Positions 63,150 to 64,000 of a stretch of 64,000 nucleotides of DNA are shown here, one piece after another. The position numbers and the translations under genes were made by a program. Numbering within the stretch: position 1 is the first letter of the stretch; every line of letters starts with the position of its first letter. The stretch lies in NCBI RefSeq assembly GCF_004010195.1, contig NC_057757.1, forward strand, positions 5,191,464 to 5,255,463. Reading direction: 5' to 3'. The notes under the pieces were generated by a model. It was not told where the DNA came from, ran no database searches, and was given only the letters and a program-made list of their open reading frames with translations. The stretch comes from Chiloscyllium plagiosum. Its lineage: Eukaryota.

Positions 63150-63329
63150 TCGAAGCTTCTTGGATGCTGCTTGAACTGCTGTGCTCTTCCAGCACCACTA
63201 ATCCAGAATCTGGTTTCCAGCATCTGCAGTCATTGTTTTTACCTCATACGAGGGCTCTGGTTTATCCTGAACTTGTTTACTGTAGACCACTGTCACAGTG
63301 GCATTTCAAAGCCTGCTATTTCACAGATC

Positions 63330-63490
63330 AGAGACAAAAAAACTACAGGTGCTGGAATCCAACGTAGACAGGCAGGATGCTGGAAGAACACAGCAAGCCA
63401 GGCAGCATCAGGAGGTGGAAAATCTGAAACACTGACTTCTCCGCCTCCCGATGCTGCCTGGTTTGCTGTGTTTTTCCATCCTCCTGCTAT
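63330..63490. mobile_element. Palindromic PLE-terminus insert (family D)
   Basis: Inverted arms gctggaagaacacagcaagccaggcagcatc / gatgctgcctggtttgctgtgtttttcca. Confidence 0.65.
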
Positions 63491-64000
63491 TTTACAGGTG
63501 GCTGGTGGAATTTGCTGGTACATTTGCTTCCTTGATTCAAAGCATGTATCTGCTGGGAGATGTTGCTCCGATATTTATTCCACTTGGGGCTGAGAGGGAA
63601 GGCGGGGAGAAGGTGGGTTGAACAGGTCACTATGGAGTTGGTAAATGAACAGGAGGATGAATGGTTTTAGGGTTTTTATCAGGGGTTTTCGGGGGAATGA
63701 TGTTTGTGGGGACAGGAGTCAGGGGAAAGGTGTTGCGTTGAGGGTTCCAGTTTTGATGTGCATTGTTGCAACCAGAGGATTATCAACACGGTATGTGTGT
63801 GTATGACAGGCATAGAGTTGACTAATGCTTTCAGCTAATTTAACATGCTTGTGAACTCAGAGTTTGTTACCTCAGTGTCGATTGATTATAACTGCCTCGG
63901 TCAGCACTTGAGCGCTGTCAGGTTCTCTTGCCAATGATGTGGATTGCAAAGTTGAGGCAGGGTTTCAGTGCTCTATATTTACCCCACATCTAATCTGTTG

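Larger units (their letters stand above)
61710..63260 (+). mobile_element. Penelope-like retroelement: inverted 5' terminal repeat, RT fragment, gap, 3' terminus with hammerhead
   Basis: RT motifs QTKGVAMDTRMGPS..LFVGYVEQ and FLRYIDDCIG; 61720-61845 is the reverse complement of about 63055-63205; 15-bp TSD ATAC(A/G)AGGGCTCTGG. Confidence 0.9.

Noticed and set aside
61845..63174. Long ORFs of 332-411 aa
   Set aside because: Length is an artefact of the N gap; only the first roughly 114 residues of the 61845 ORF (PLE RT) are real

Overview
Vertebrate genomic DNA, almost certainly from an elasmobranch (inferred from about 14 HE1-type tRNA SINEs and abundant CR1 LINEs). The window is mostly transposon-derived and contains two host genes facing away from each other. 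POP7 (Rpp20, an RNase P/MRP subunit) is on the minus strand, with a single coding exon at 3011-3424 and a probable non-coding first exon near 5593-5850. Erythropoietin (EPO) is on the plus strand, with a 13-nt first coding exon at 43377-43389 and exon 2 at 56143-56273; I could not identify the later exons. The EPO upstream region has several HIF-type ACGTG cores and uORFs. The most striking repeat-borne signal is a set of at least four Penelope-like element (PLE) subfamilies. Their 3' termini carry minimal hammerhead-ribozyme cores (CUGANGA-N-stemII-GAAA-palindrome-UH), and they are scattered as short, often palindromic, TSD-flanked inserts. One longer PLE copy retains RT motifs. Also present: a 47-bp minisatellite apparently born from a CR1 3' UTR in the POP7 intron, an inverted duplication with asymmetric divergence, a deleted Gypsy element, L1, Tx1 and Rex1 fragments, and an 846-nt assembly gap. 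Repeat boundaries were read by eye and are approximate.
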